Below, one piece after another: positions 12,294-23,600 of a stretch of 64,000 bases of DNA; position 1 is the stretch's first letter, and each line of letters opens with the position of its first letter. The DNA is taken from contig NIVC01002254.1 of NCBI GenBank assembly GCA_002269645.1, positions 62,001 to 126,000 on the forward strand, in the 5' to 3' direction. Source of the DNA: Macrostomum lignano. Its lineage: Eukaryota. The translations under genes and the position numbers were made by a program. The notes under the pieces are model-generated. The model was not told the origin of the DNA, made no database searches, and saw only the letters and a program-made list of their open reading frames with translations.

Positions 12294-12503
12294 ACGCCTG
12301 ACGCTGCTGCACCTAATACATGTTTTTCATATCATTCTTTGGGGTTGCCTGGGGATCTAATTGATCTGGGCGGGTTTATGATTCGTAGAAATAATTTATA
12401 CATGTATTGTCACTGAACTTACTTCATTATACGATTTGATTATACTTCACGATTCGATAGGCCAGATATAATTCGATAGAAACTATCGAATCGAACCCAG
12501 GAT

Positions 12504-12613
12504 TGACGTGAGAGTTAATTGCGTCAGTGCTGGGCACCTCAGCCCCATCCGACCACCTCTGTCCTTATTGGTCCATTTTGAACTTCGATTTCAAAGCAAT
12601 CCACGGGTATAAA
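12504..12613 (+). promoter_or_regulatory. Putative promoter of the neuropeptide gene: CRE-like TGACGTGA (12504-12511) and TATAAA (12608-12613)
   Basis: Motifs ~200 and ~100 nt upstream of the ATG at 12709; motif match only. Confidence 0.4.
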
Positions 12614-12708
12614 TACAGTTTGGAGAGTCAAGAATTGCATGCTTCGCTTCGCAGTACTTCGAACCTTGACATAATTGAGATAGCTTGTACAGTTGAGCAG
12701 TTTTAAGC

Positions 12709-12948
12709 ATGAGTCGCTACGGTTTCCTACTAGTTCTGCTGCTGCATGTAGGCGTGCTTGCGCCTGTGCAGGCGGCTCCTTGGAACAGCCGAATGCTTTG
12801 GTACTCGACGCAGCTGTCCTACCAGCCTCTGCTGCAGAGTCGGGACTCAAACCAGCCGGCCAGTTCCGGAGAGAACAGCTGGCGTTTCTGGTGGAATGGA
12901 CCGAATGGATATCGCTGGGGCAGCAAAATGCGCTTTGGAAAGCGCTAG
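12709..12948 (+). CDS. Secreted RFamide-type neuropeptide precursor (79 aa)
   Basis: Hydrophobic signal peptide MSRYGFLLVLLLHVGVLAPVQA; C-terminus ...WGSKMRF-G-KR-stop (amidation Gly plus dibasic site); GC-rich island in AT-rich flanks. Confidence 0.8.
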   Translation: MSRYGFLLVLLLHVGVLAPVQAAPWNSRMLWYSTQLSYQPLLQSRDSNQPASSGENSWRFWWNGPNGYRWGSKMRFGKR

Positions 12949-15486
12949 TCTGGCGGATGCTCATTTTGAGCTGCTGAGGTCTCGGTCTCTTGAAGACAGT
13001 TTCTGTTTTTTGTTTGTAAAACACCACATCTCCAATACGTGTACCTACTTGTTGTTTCGTTTCAAAGCGCTTTAATTTGACATCAAAAGTTTTTGTGGTA
13101 ACCACACTCAACAAAATAAGTCAGAAAAAATCTACCGAATTTGTGCTTTTGCAATTCGAATTTTTTTGTAATTTTGTTTTCCAGTTTACTTTTAATTTAC
13201 TTTTAATTGTGATTTAAATTTACTTTTAATTACTTTTAATTGTAGCTCCTGCATATAACATATACCCGCACTTTTTTAACATCAGACCCACTTTAAAAAA
13301 CTATATGCACTGTCAAAACATTGTAACACATTAAAAATACATCATTTTTTCTCTCAATATAAAAAGTATTCGCTTTTTTTGCGTGAAAGTGATTCATAAA
13401 AATGATTTTGTTTTATTTATTTACTTTTTAAAACTCGAGAAAGGTTAAGCTAATAAATTTCTGTTGAAATAAAGTAACTTGTCGATTGTCTTTAAACTTT
13501 CACAAATACATGCACAGGTATTATACGAGTAGAAGGATGCATAAAAGAAAATAATTAAGCTGTATATTTTGACGCACTACGCAGTAATCTGTTAGCGTTG
13601 TATAAAGCCTTTTCTACTGAAGCAAAGACGCTGTAATAAACATAAGTAGTCATATTGAGTAGTATACACGGCAAACCGCACTACGCACGTATAAAATATC
13701 AATTCACCGAGAGAACCACTGAATATGAATATGCGATGAATATGCAAAAGAACCGATTGACTGGGGTGATAATGAAAATTTGCAGGAGAAAAGCATGCGA
13801 GTAAAACAAAAAGGAAGAAAACTCAGAATCGAACTCCTTGAACGTATATAAAAAAGAAGGAAAAAAATTGGTAATCTATGATCGCTATTTGCACTTCTCC
13901 TGTGAGCAGATAGCCATTTAATTCATTTAGGAAACAATATTCGATTAAAAACACAAAAGAATACGCAAGACAGAATATTAACAAAATGTTTTGTAGAAAC
14001 AAAACAAAAAATTACAACACAAAAGAAATTGAAACGGCGTTTTAAAAGCGATTTTAAAAAAACTGCATGTTTATCAAGCGCACGAGCCATATTTCTTGGA
14101 TAAGATTTACCGCAATTTGCAAAACTGTATGTGTTTTGAATATTCGGTAGTGCTCCGTGAGCCCGTTTTCCAGTGGAGTATAAGAATTCATGTGAGTACA
14201 AAATGACGGGTAAATGCTCACAATGATCGAATGCTATATAGATGAAAAGTAAAAACTAATGCAACGTGGAGCAAATTATAGAGAAATGGAAAGACAGTAT
14301 GATTAGACAAACGTAATGAATTTAATTATGAATATCAAGTCAATTTACAAGCACTCATATTGTGCTGATTTATTTACATTGTGCAACAGTAACTTTTGTA
14401 CACTTCTTATGCCAGAATAATGGTCGATTACTTGGTCGCTAAAACTTTCATTCGCTTTTTACTTTTTTGCACTTGAATTAAAGTTTCTAAACATTGATCC
14501 TCGACGTATCGATAAAATTACTGTAACTCAGATGACTATTTACTTGCACGCGAGATGGTTGTTATAGTTTCTTAGAAAATTTTAATTAACTGCACGAATG
14601 CATGTAGCTTTGCTCAAAAATACACTGTGGAGAGACGATCGAAGTTTCATTTATCTGTTCTGCACAAAAAGAGATTTAATTAGTATATACTGTGGTTGTA
14701 ACATTGGTTGATGGAAGTTTAGAAAAAATGAATAAGTAAAGTAAAAACTATACATTCGAAAGAATATAAAAATATAAATATACATAAAAGTATATATATC
14801 TGAAAAATTCAAATAAACTTTTACTAAAAATCCAGTGTAGCAATAGGAGACAATCATATTCAAACTATTTATACATCGCTATACGCTCATGAATCTCCGC
14901 AGTGAGTTTTTAGAGCGAAATGAAATTTGAATGAATATTCAAATTTTCTAAGAAACGAAGTTTTTATCCTATTCGTCTTTGGCGTGCAAAGGTCTAAAAA
15001 CAAAGCAAAAAGGATTTAAAAATAATTTTAGATAAAACGCCCGGCCTTGCATATTTTTAGAGTTTTGTTCCTTTCAGAAACGGTGACTTTTACGGTTCAC
15101 TAAAAAAGGCTTTTTCTCCAGAAATTTTCATACAGTACCGGAAATTATTCTCTTTGAATGCTTTCAAGACTGGAAACTGGCTAAATCTTGGTACTACACC
15201 TGATTGAAGGTAAAATTTGAATCTCAATAGGCTATAAAAGATCAAAGGTTTTTAATTACATGTAGTTTTGATTTTTCTTGTTTTCAACTGTATAACTACT
15301 TACAGTAATCTAGCTATAGCATAACGCTCGTATTTCACTAATCTGCAAGAATATTCCATCCGCAGTACTAAAATGCTACCAAAATTCAAACAATTTCTGC
15401 GGGTAAGCATTGTTGCCTCTTTGCCTATAATCACTGTCAAAGATATTTTCGATACATATCGGCACAAATTCTACTTTACCTCGAGC

Positions 15487-15781
15487 TTAGCACAGCGGAG
15501 TGTCAAACAGCAGGTAGTTCTTGAGCACAGTCGGCAGCGGCAGCTCGCCCACCGACTTGGGCAGTGGAGCTGGAAGCCGGTCACGAATCAGCACCCGGCA
15601 CAGGCGCATCAAGGACGTGCTGGTCAGGCTGAACACCAGGGCCTTTTGCTCCGGCCCGATCCGGGACATTTTAGCGATGGCAGCTCGGTCAACCTTGACG
15701 GCGGCGGATAATAGCAGCTCGGCCAGTTGAGCATTCTCCGGATTGTTCAACACGCGGGACAGGTGGCCTTGGACACCGTAT
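15487..15781 (-). CDS. ASB-family gene, exon 2 (SOCS box)
   Basis: SLMRLCRVLIRDRL...LPLPTVLKNYLLF is a classic BC-box plus Cul5-box (LPLP); acceptor ccctctcAG, phase 2, joins ...LLDR to YGVQ. Confidence 0.9.
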
Positions 15782-15934
15782 CTGAGAGGGGGCATTTAAT
15801 TCGTAAATGTATATGTAGCTTATTGAAAGCAAATGCAAAGAGAAGTTGTAATTTTGCACCTTTGCATCATCCTGGCACTTCTACCTGTACATCCTCATGA
15901 TGTATTATAAACTGATGTATTGTAAATGTACAGA

Positions 15935-16500
15935 GACCATCATAGACTCACCTGCATCCTCATTCAGATCACCATAGACTCACCTGCATCCTCATTCAGA
16001 CCACCATAGACTCACCTGCATCCTCATTCAGACCACCATAGACTCACCTGCATCCTCATTCAGACCACCATAGACTCACCTGCATCCTCATTCAGACCAC
16101 CATAGACTCACCTGCATCCTCATTCAGACCATAGACTCACCTGCATCCTCATTCAGACCATAGACTCGCCTGCATCCTCATTCAGACCACCATAGACTCA
16201 CCTGCATCCTCATTCAGACCACCATAGACTCACCTGCATCCTCATTCAGACCATAGACTCGCCTGCATCCTCATTCAGACCATACATTCACCTGCATCCT
16301 CATTCAGACCATACATTCACCTGCATCCTCATTCAGACCATCATAGACTCGCCTGCATCCTCATTCAGACCATACATTCACCTGCATCCTCATTCAGACA
16401 ACCATGTACTCACCTGCATCCTCATACCGACCATAGACTCACCTGCATCCTCATTCAGACCATACACTCACCTGCATCCTTATTAAGACCATAGACTCAT
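15935..16500 (-). repeat. 30/33-bp minisatellite in the ASB intron
   Basis: + strand unit catagactcacctgcatcctcattcagac(cac); ~18 units. Confidence 0.95.
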
Positions 16501-16620
16501 GCTCATCCTCATGCATCCTCATGCTGCAGGCCCTGTATCCACGCCCTTCATTACCTAAGAGCATGAACTGAAGTCAATCCCCAAGGTATATTAAAAAGTG
16601 AGCAACTGACATTCTCTCAC

Positions 16621-17765
16621 CTGTCCAACAGAGTGTACCCGCAAGCTCCCTGACAAAGATTGATTTTGGCTCCAAACTGTACCAGCAGGTACACAGTAAA
16701 GGCGTCGAGCTCCTCGTTGCAGCCGAGGTATTCAACTAGCGGCGGCAGGCAGGGTGCATCCAGGCAGATCTTGTCCTTGACGTTGCTATGCTGATTCGGC
16801 CGCGCCCCGGCGTCTAATAGCAGTTTGAGCAGCACGTTGCGACTCTCGAGTCGAACTACGGAGCACAGAAACTGCAGCGGGTAGATTTCGTATCTGCCCG
16901 ACTGGTTTGGCCGATTCGGGTCGGCTCGATTGCGCAACAGGCAGCACAGCATAGGCGGACTGTTTAGCTTGATGGCCAGCTCCAGCGCTGTCGTGTCGTT
17001 CTGCACAAACTGGTCGGGATCGGCGCCGCTGTTCAGCAGCAGCTGCATAAGGTCGGTACGCCGGTTCTTCATCGCGTAGAACATGGCCGACTTGCCGCCG
17101 AAAGCGAATGACGAACGTAGGTCGACGTTGGCCTTGTGGCACAGCAGCACCATGGCGGCTTCCAGCCGGCTCTCCTTACAGGCGCGCATCAGCGGGCTGA
17201 GGCCCCAACGGTTGAACGTGTCCGGATTGGCTCCGGCTCTGAGCAGCAGCTCGAGGCAGAGCAGATTCTCCAGGCTCATCACCGAGACCAGGTCGCCCAT
17301 GAAGTAGCGACAGTTCGGATTGGCGCCAAGCCGCAGCAGGGCCTCCACGCACAGCAGGTGGCCGTTCTCCACAGCGTAGGACAGCGGGTCCTCGACCGTG
17401 TCCTCGGCCGGGATGTCGGCGAAGTCCGCGTCGCGACGATCGTAGCAGTTCGGGCGCTGCCAGTGCAGGCGAGCGCCGGCCTCGGCCAGTGCCACCAGGG
17501 CGCCCGTGCTGCCCCGGCGAGCGGCGATGTGAATCGGCGACAGTCCCTCCTCGTCGGCGCAGTTCAGATTGCAGCCGTGCTTAATCAGCAGCTGCAGCAG
17601 CTGCAGCTTGTTGTAGTGAGCCGCGTAGTGCACCAGCGACATGCCTTTGACGCGGATCTGGCTCAGGCAGACGCGGCCGCTAGCCAGGAGCAGCTGAAGG
17701 TCAGCCGCTGGTTTGTCGCTGCGCACCGCGTAGGCAAACAGCTTTGTGAAGTCGGCCGTTTCCAT
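16621..17765 (-). CDS. ASB-family (ankyrin repeat and SOCS box) gene, exon 1; full model join(17765-16621,15781-15487), 479 aa
   Basis: Multiple ankyrin repeats (SLVHYAAHYN, SPIHIAARRG, PLSYAVENGH, SPLMRAC, TALELAI); donor acag/GTGAGA at 16620. Confidence 0.9.
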
Positions 17766-18619
17766 CTTCTTCTACTCGTAGCGAGCTGGCTAATATTTTT
17801 TCTCCCGGTGCAACGAAATTCTGTCGCGGTCCTGGCCAGCCTTGGTGCCGTCGGTTTCGGGATATTTCTACTTGATTTCTCCTCCACTCTCCCCCCCCTC
17901 AGTTCTTGCCCGTCGAGTGTTCGCGCGGGTCACGCGGGAAGAAGCGAACTACAGTTGGAAAACCGGGGAAGGGTAAGAAGGGAAGGGAGGTGGGTTGGCC
18001 AGCATCAGCTGACACAACGAACTGGATCAGCTGACTTCCATCCGGTTGCGTCTCCTAGCGCACTTTCGCCGTCCTGCTAAGCCTAACTGCAAAGAACGCT
18101 GCATGGTTGCCATGCAATGTCTGCGTCGATGTAGTTCGATAGCTACCGATATTCTGTTCTCTAAAAATTAGTCTATTATTTATTCATAGGCTTGAATGGT
18201 ATTTTAAGATTCTTCTACTATAGCTGCCATTCCTAGCGGTTGTTACAACGACAACACCAACAAGTGACTCGGTTCCAGTTGTTGGTCGGGAGCTTTAATA
18301 TCTGTTTGTCTTGAAGGCAAGTTTTGAGACATTGGCTCAAACAGATTAGCTGAGCTGTTGTCTTATAATAGCTGTTCCTGGCCCCCTCAGGTGCCAGAAG
18401 CCGTTGCATTTACCAGTCAGCTATATCATGTGATAACTGTTCCATCCAGCACAAAACAAGCGAAGCATCACGTGCACCCGATGGTAAAACTTTTCGCATT
18501 CCAAATCTTTCTTTCCCGCTTTGGTCGTATCCTGGGTCTATATGTACTTTTATTTGCATCCCTGACCCAGCAAAGTCAGTATAGAAACTATTTATAGTGA
18601 ACCGCTATTTTTTAGCGCT

Positions 18620-19648
18620 ACAGACAATGATTTTGTGTCGCTACTGACAATGATTTTGTGTCGCTACTGACAATGATTTTGTGTTTGTGTCGCTACTGAC
18701 AATGATTTTGTGTCGCTACTGACAATGATTTTGTGTCGCTACTGACAATGATTTTGTGTCGCTACTGACAATGATTTTGTGTTTGTGTCGCTACTGACAA
18801 TGATTTTGTGTCGCTACTGACAATGATTTTGTGTCGCTACTGACAATGATTTTGTATCGCTACTGACAATGATTTTGTGTCGCTACTGACAATGATTTTG
18901 TGTCGCTACTGACAATGATTTTGTTTCGCTACTGACAATGATTTTGTGTCGCTACTGACAATGATTTTCTGTCGCTACTGACAATGATTTTGTGTTTGTG
19001 TCGCTACTGACAATGATTTTGTGTCGCTACTGACAATGGTTTTGTGTCGCTACTGACAATGATTTTGTGTCGCTACTGACAATGATTTTCTGTCGCTACT
19101 GACAATGATTTTGTGTCGCTACTGACAATGATTTTCTGTCGCTACTGACAATGATTTTGTGTTTGTGTCGCTACTGACAATGATTTTGTGTCGCTACTGA
19201 CAATGGTTTTGTGTCGCTACTGACAATGATTTTGTGTCGCTACTGACAATGATTTTCTGTCGCTACTGACAATGGTTTTGTGTCGCTACTGACAATGATT
19301 TTGTGTCGCTACTGACAATGATTTTCTGTCGCTACTGACAATGATTTTGTGTTTGTGTCGCTACTGACAATGATTTTGTGTCGCTACTGACAATGATTTT
19401 GTATCGCTACTGACAATGATTTTGTGTTTGTGTCGCTACTGACAATGATTTTGTGTCGCTACTGACAATGATTTTGTATCGCTACTGACAATGATTTTGT
19501 TTCGCTACTGACAATGATTTTGTATCGCTACTGACAATGATTTTGTATCGCTACTGACAATGATTTTGTATCGCTACTGACAATGATTTTGTGTTTGTGT
19601 CGCTACTGACAATGGTTTTGTGTCGCTACTGACAATGGTTTTGTGTCG
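18620..19648 (+). repeat. 23-bp minisatellite (gtcgctactgacaatgattttgt) with 29-bp variants
   Basis: Tandem units read from the sequence. Confidence 0.95.
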
Positions 19649-20698
19649 CGCTGATTTTTTGTATTAAACTTTCCTAGCTACGTAGGTTGTTTTAGGATAT
19701 TTTCTTTTTCCTTTAAAACGGATATAAATATGATACCGTTCCACGCTACTGTGCGATAGTAGGCAGTGTAAAACTTGATATAGAATATTTAAACCGAAAA
19801 AATATTGTAAAACCGAAAGCCCACCTAGAAATCCAGGCACTAAAATAAGGCTAATCAAAATGTGTTTATATTTTGTTATTCTACGAGATCGCCTGATTTT
19901 CGGCTTTAAAGGGTCGCTTAACTTCACAGGTGTGAAGGCCTTGGTGTAAACTAATTAAATGAGCCACCTAATGATAATTACCTGTCAAAAACTACATCCA
20001 AGCTTTAGTCAATAAAACAATTGTTAATTTTATTATGGCTAACAAGTGACAATATCGTTTCCGCTATCTGCCAGTGGGTAGCCAGCGATTTGAATTCCAA
20101 CTATTCAGGTTAGGTTTAGGGGTTTAGATGAGAGCTTAGATTAGAGTTAGTCAGTTTTCATCCGTAATATTCTCCTTGCTGGGCCTAAAAGCATAATAGC
20201 CTAATAGCCTAATTAACTAATCGCGCTCCTAATAGTCTTGCTTTGTACTGATTCCGCATATTTTAGTCAGTTCAATATAATCCTATTTAAGAATATTAAA
20301 AATACATTTATATATAATTATCTGATGTTGCCACTGTATCTGCGGTCCTTGACTGCATCAAGGATGTAAATTTTAGTTGCAAGATAAACACAGCGAGAGA
20401 GAGAGAGAGAGAGAGAGACGAGAGACGAGAACAAAGACCTCCAACGTATAGCAGTCTAGTTTGTTGAACAAAGAGTTCCGATGATAAAGTTAAATTTGTT
20501 TATACTAGTTCCTATTTTGTAATGTGTGGTGTGCCTACCGTTACTGCAGACAATTAGTAACTGTGCCACCTGGTAAATTTCGCCACTTTTGCTTTTTCCT
20601 GTCCAGTAGTTTGCAGCAGCTGTTGTAGATCCAATTAAACTACACTTGACGCTACAGAATAATCGCTTACATTGGTTTACCTCTGTAATGACTCACCG

Positions 20699-23600
20699 TC
20701 TACCCTCTGTCTACCTCTCAGTCTATACTTTTGTCTACTTTCTGTCTACCTCTCAGTCTACACTTTTGTGTCTACTTTCTGTCTACCTCTCAGTCTACAC
20801 TTTTATCTACTTTCTGTGTACCTCTCAGTCTACACTTTTGTCTATTTTCTGTCTACCTCTCAGTCTACACTTTTGTCTATTTTCTGTCTACCTCTCAGTC
20901 TACACTTTTATCTACTTTCTGTGTACCACTCAGTCTACACTTTTGTCTATTTTCTGTCTACCTCTCAGTCTACACCTACTTTCTGTGTACCTCTCAGTCT
21001 ACACTTTTGTCTATTTTCTGTCTACCTCACAGTCTACACTTTTGTCTACTTTCTGTCTACCTCTCAGTCTATACTTTTGTGTCTACTTTCTGTCTACCTC
21101 TCAGTCTATACTTTTGTGCCTACTTTCTGTCTACCTCTCAGTCTACACTTTTGTGTCTACTTTCTGTCTACCTCTCAGTCTACACTTTTATCTATTTTCT
21201 GTCTACCTCTCAGTCTACACTTTTATCTACTTTCTGTGTACCACTCAGTCTACACTTTTGTCTACTTTCTGTCTACCTCTCAGTCTACACTTTTGTGTCT
21301 ACTTTCTGTCTACCTCTCAGTCTATACTTTTGTGTCTACTTTCTGTCTACCTCTCAGTCTACACTTTTGTGTCTACTTTCTGTCTACCTCTCAGTCTATA
21401 CTTTTGTGTCTACTTTCTGTCTACCTCTCAGTCTACACTTTTATCTACTTTCTGTGTACCTCTCAGTCTACACTTTTATCTACTTTCTGTGTACCTCTCA
21501 GTCTACACTTTTGTCTATTTTCTGTCTACCTCTCAGTCTACACTTTTGACTATTTTCTGTCTACCTCTCAGTCTACACTTTTATCTATTTTCTGTGTACC
21601 TCTCAGTCTACACTTTTGTCTACTTTCTGTGTACCTCTCAGTCTACACTTTTATCTACTTTCTGTGTACCTCTCAGTCTACACTTTTGTCTATTTTCTGT
21701 CTACCTCTCAGTCTACACTTTTATCTACTTTCTGTGTACCTCTCAGTCTACACTTTTGTCTATTTTCTGTCTACCTCTCAGTCTACACTTTTATCTACTT
21801 TCTGTGTACCACTCAGTCTACACTTTTGTCTATTTTCTGTCTACCTCTCAGTCTACACCTACTTTCTGTCTACCTCTCAGTCTACACTTTTATCTACTTT
21901 CTGTGTACCTCTCAGTCTACACTTTTATCTACTTTCTGTGTACCACTCAGTCTACACTTTTGTCTATTTTCTGTTTACCTCTCAGTCTACACCTACTTTC
22001 TGTCTACCTCTCAGTCTACACTTTTATCTACTTTCTGTCTACCTCTCAGTCTACACTTTTATCTACTTTCTGTCTACCTCTCAGTCTACACTTTTATCTA
22101 CTTTCTGTGTACCTCTCAGTCTACACTTTTGTCTACTTTCTGTCTACCTCTCAGTCTACACTTTTGTCTACTTTCTGTGTACCTCTCAGTCTACACTTTT
22201 ATCTACTTTCTGTGTACCACTCAGTCTACACTTTTGTCTACTTTCTGTCTACCTCTCAGTCTACACTTTTGTCTACTTTCTGTCTACCTCTCAGTCTACA
22301 CTTTTATCTACTTTCTGTCTACCTCTCAGTCTACACTTTTGTCTACTTTCTGTGTACCTCTCAGTCTACACTTTTATCTACTTTCTGTGTACCTCTCAGT
22401 CTACACTTTTGTCTATTTTCTGTCTACCTCTCAGTCTACACTTTTGTCTACTTTCTGTCTACCTCTCAGTCTACACTTTTGTGTCTACTTTCTGTGTACC
22501 TCTCAGTCTACACTTTTATCTACTTTCTGTGTACCTCTCAGTCTACACTTTTGTCTATTTTCTGTCTACCTCTCAGTCTACACTTTTATCTACTTTCTGT
22601 GTACCTCTCAGTCTACACTTTTGTCTATTTTCTGTCTACCTCTCAGTCTACACTTTTATCTACTTTCTGTGTACCACTCAGTCTACACTTTTGTCTATTT
22701 TCTGTCTACCTCTCAGTCTACACCTACTTTCTGTCTACCTCTCAGTCTACACTTTTATCTACTTTCTGTGTACCTCTCAGTCTACACTTTTATCTACTTT
22801 CTGTGTACCACTCAGTCTACACTTTTGTCTATTTTCTGTTTACCTCTCAGTCTACACCTACTTTCTGTCTACCTCTCAGTCTACACTTTTATCTACTTTC
22901 TGTCTACCTCTCAGTCTACACCTACTTTCTGTCTACCTCTCAGTCTACACTTTTATCTACTTTCTGTCTACCTCTCAGTCTACACTTTTATCTACTTTCT
23001 GTGTACCTCTCAGTCTACACTTTTGTCTACTTTCTGTCTACCTCTCAGTCTACACTTTTGTCTACTTTCTGTCTACCTCTCAGTCTACACTTTTATCTAC
23101 TTTCTGTCTACCTCTCAGTCTACACTTTTATCTACTTTCTGTGTACCTCTCAGTCTACACTTTTATCTACTTTCTGTGTACCACTCAGTCTACACTTTTG
23201 TCTACTTTCTGTCTACCTCTCAGTCTACACTTTTGTCTACTTTCTGTCTACCTCTCAGTCTACACTTTTATCTACTTTCTGTCTACCTCTCAGTCTACAC
23301 TTTTGTCTACTTTCTGTGTACCTCTCAGTCTACACTTTTATCTACTTTCTGTGTACCTCTCAGTCTACACTTTTGTCTATTTTCTGTCTACCTCTCAGTC
23401 TACACTTTTATCTACTTTCTGTGTACCTCTCAGTCTACACTTTTGTCTATTTTCTGTCTACCTCTCAGTCTACACTTTTATCTACTTTCTGTGTACCTCT
23501 CAGTCTACACTTTTGTCTATTTTCTGTCTACCTCTCAGTCTACACTTTTATCTACTTTCTGTGTACCACTCAGTCTACACTTTTGTCTATTTTCTGTTTA

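Noticed and set aside
17136-18080. 314-aa plus-strand ORF and other overlapping ORFs (16786-17142, 37686-38180, 38946-39329)
   Set aside because: Antisense or alternative-frame shadows of the GC-rich ASB and ENaC exons.
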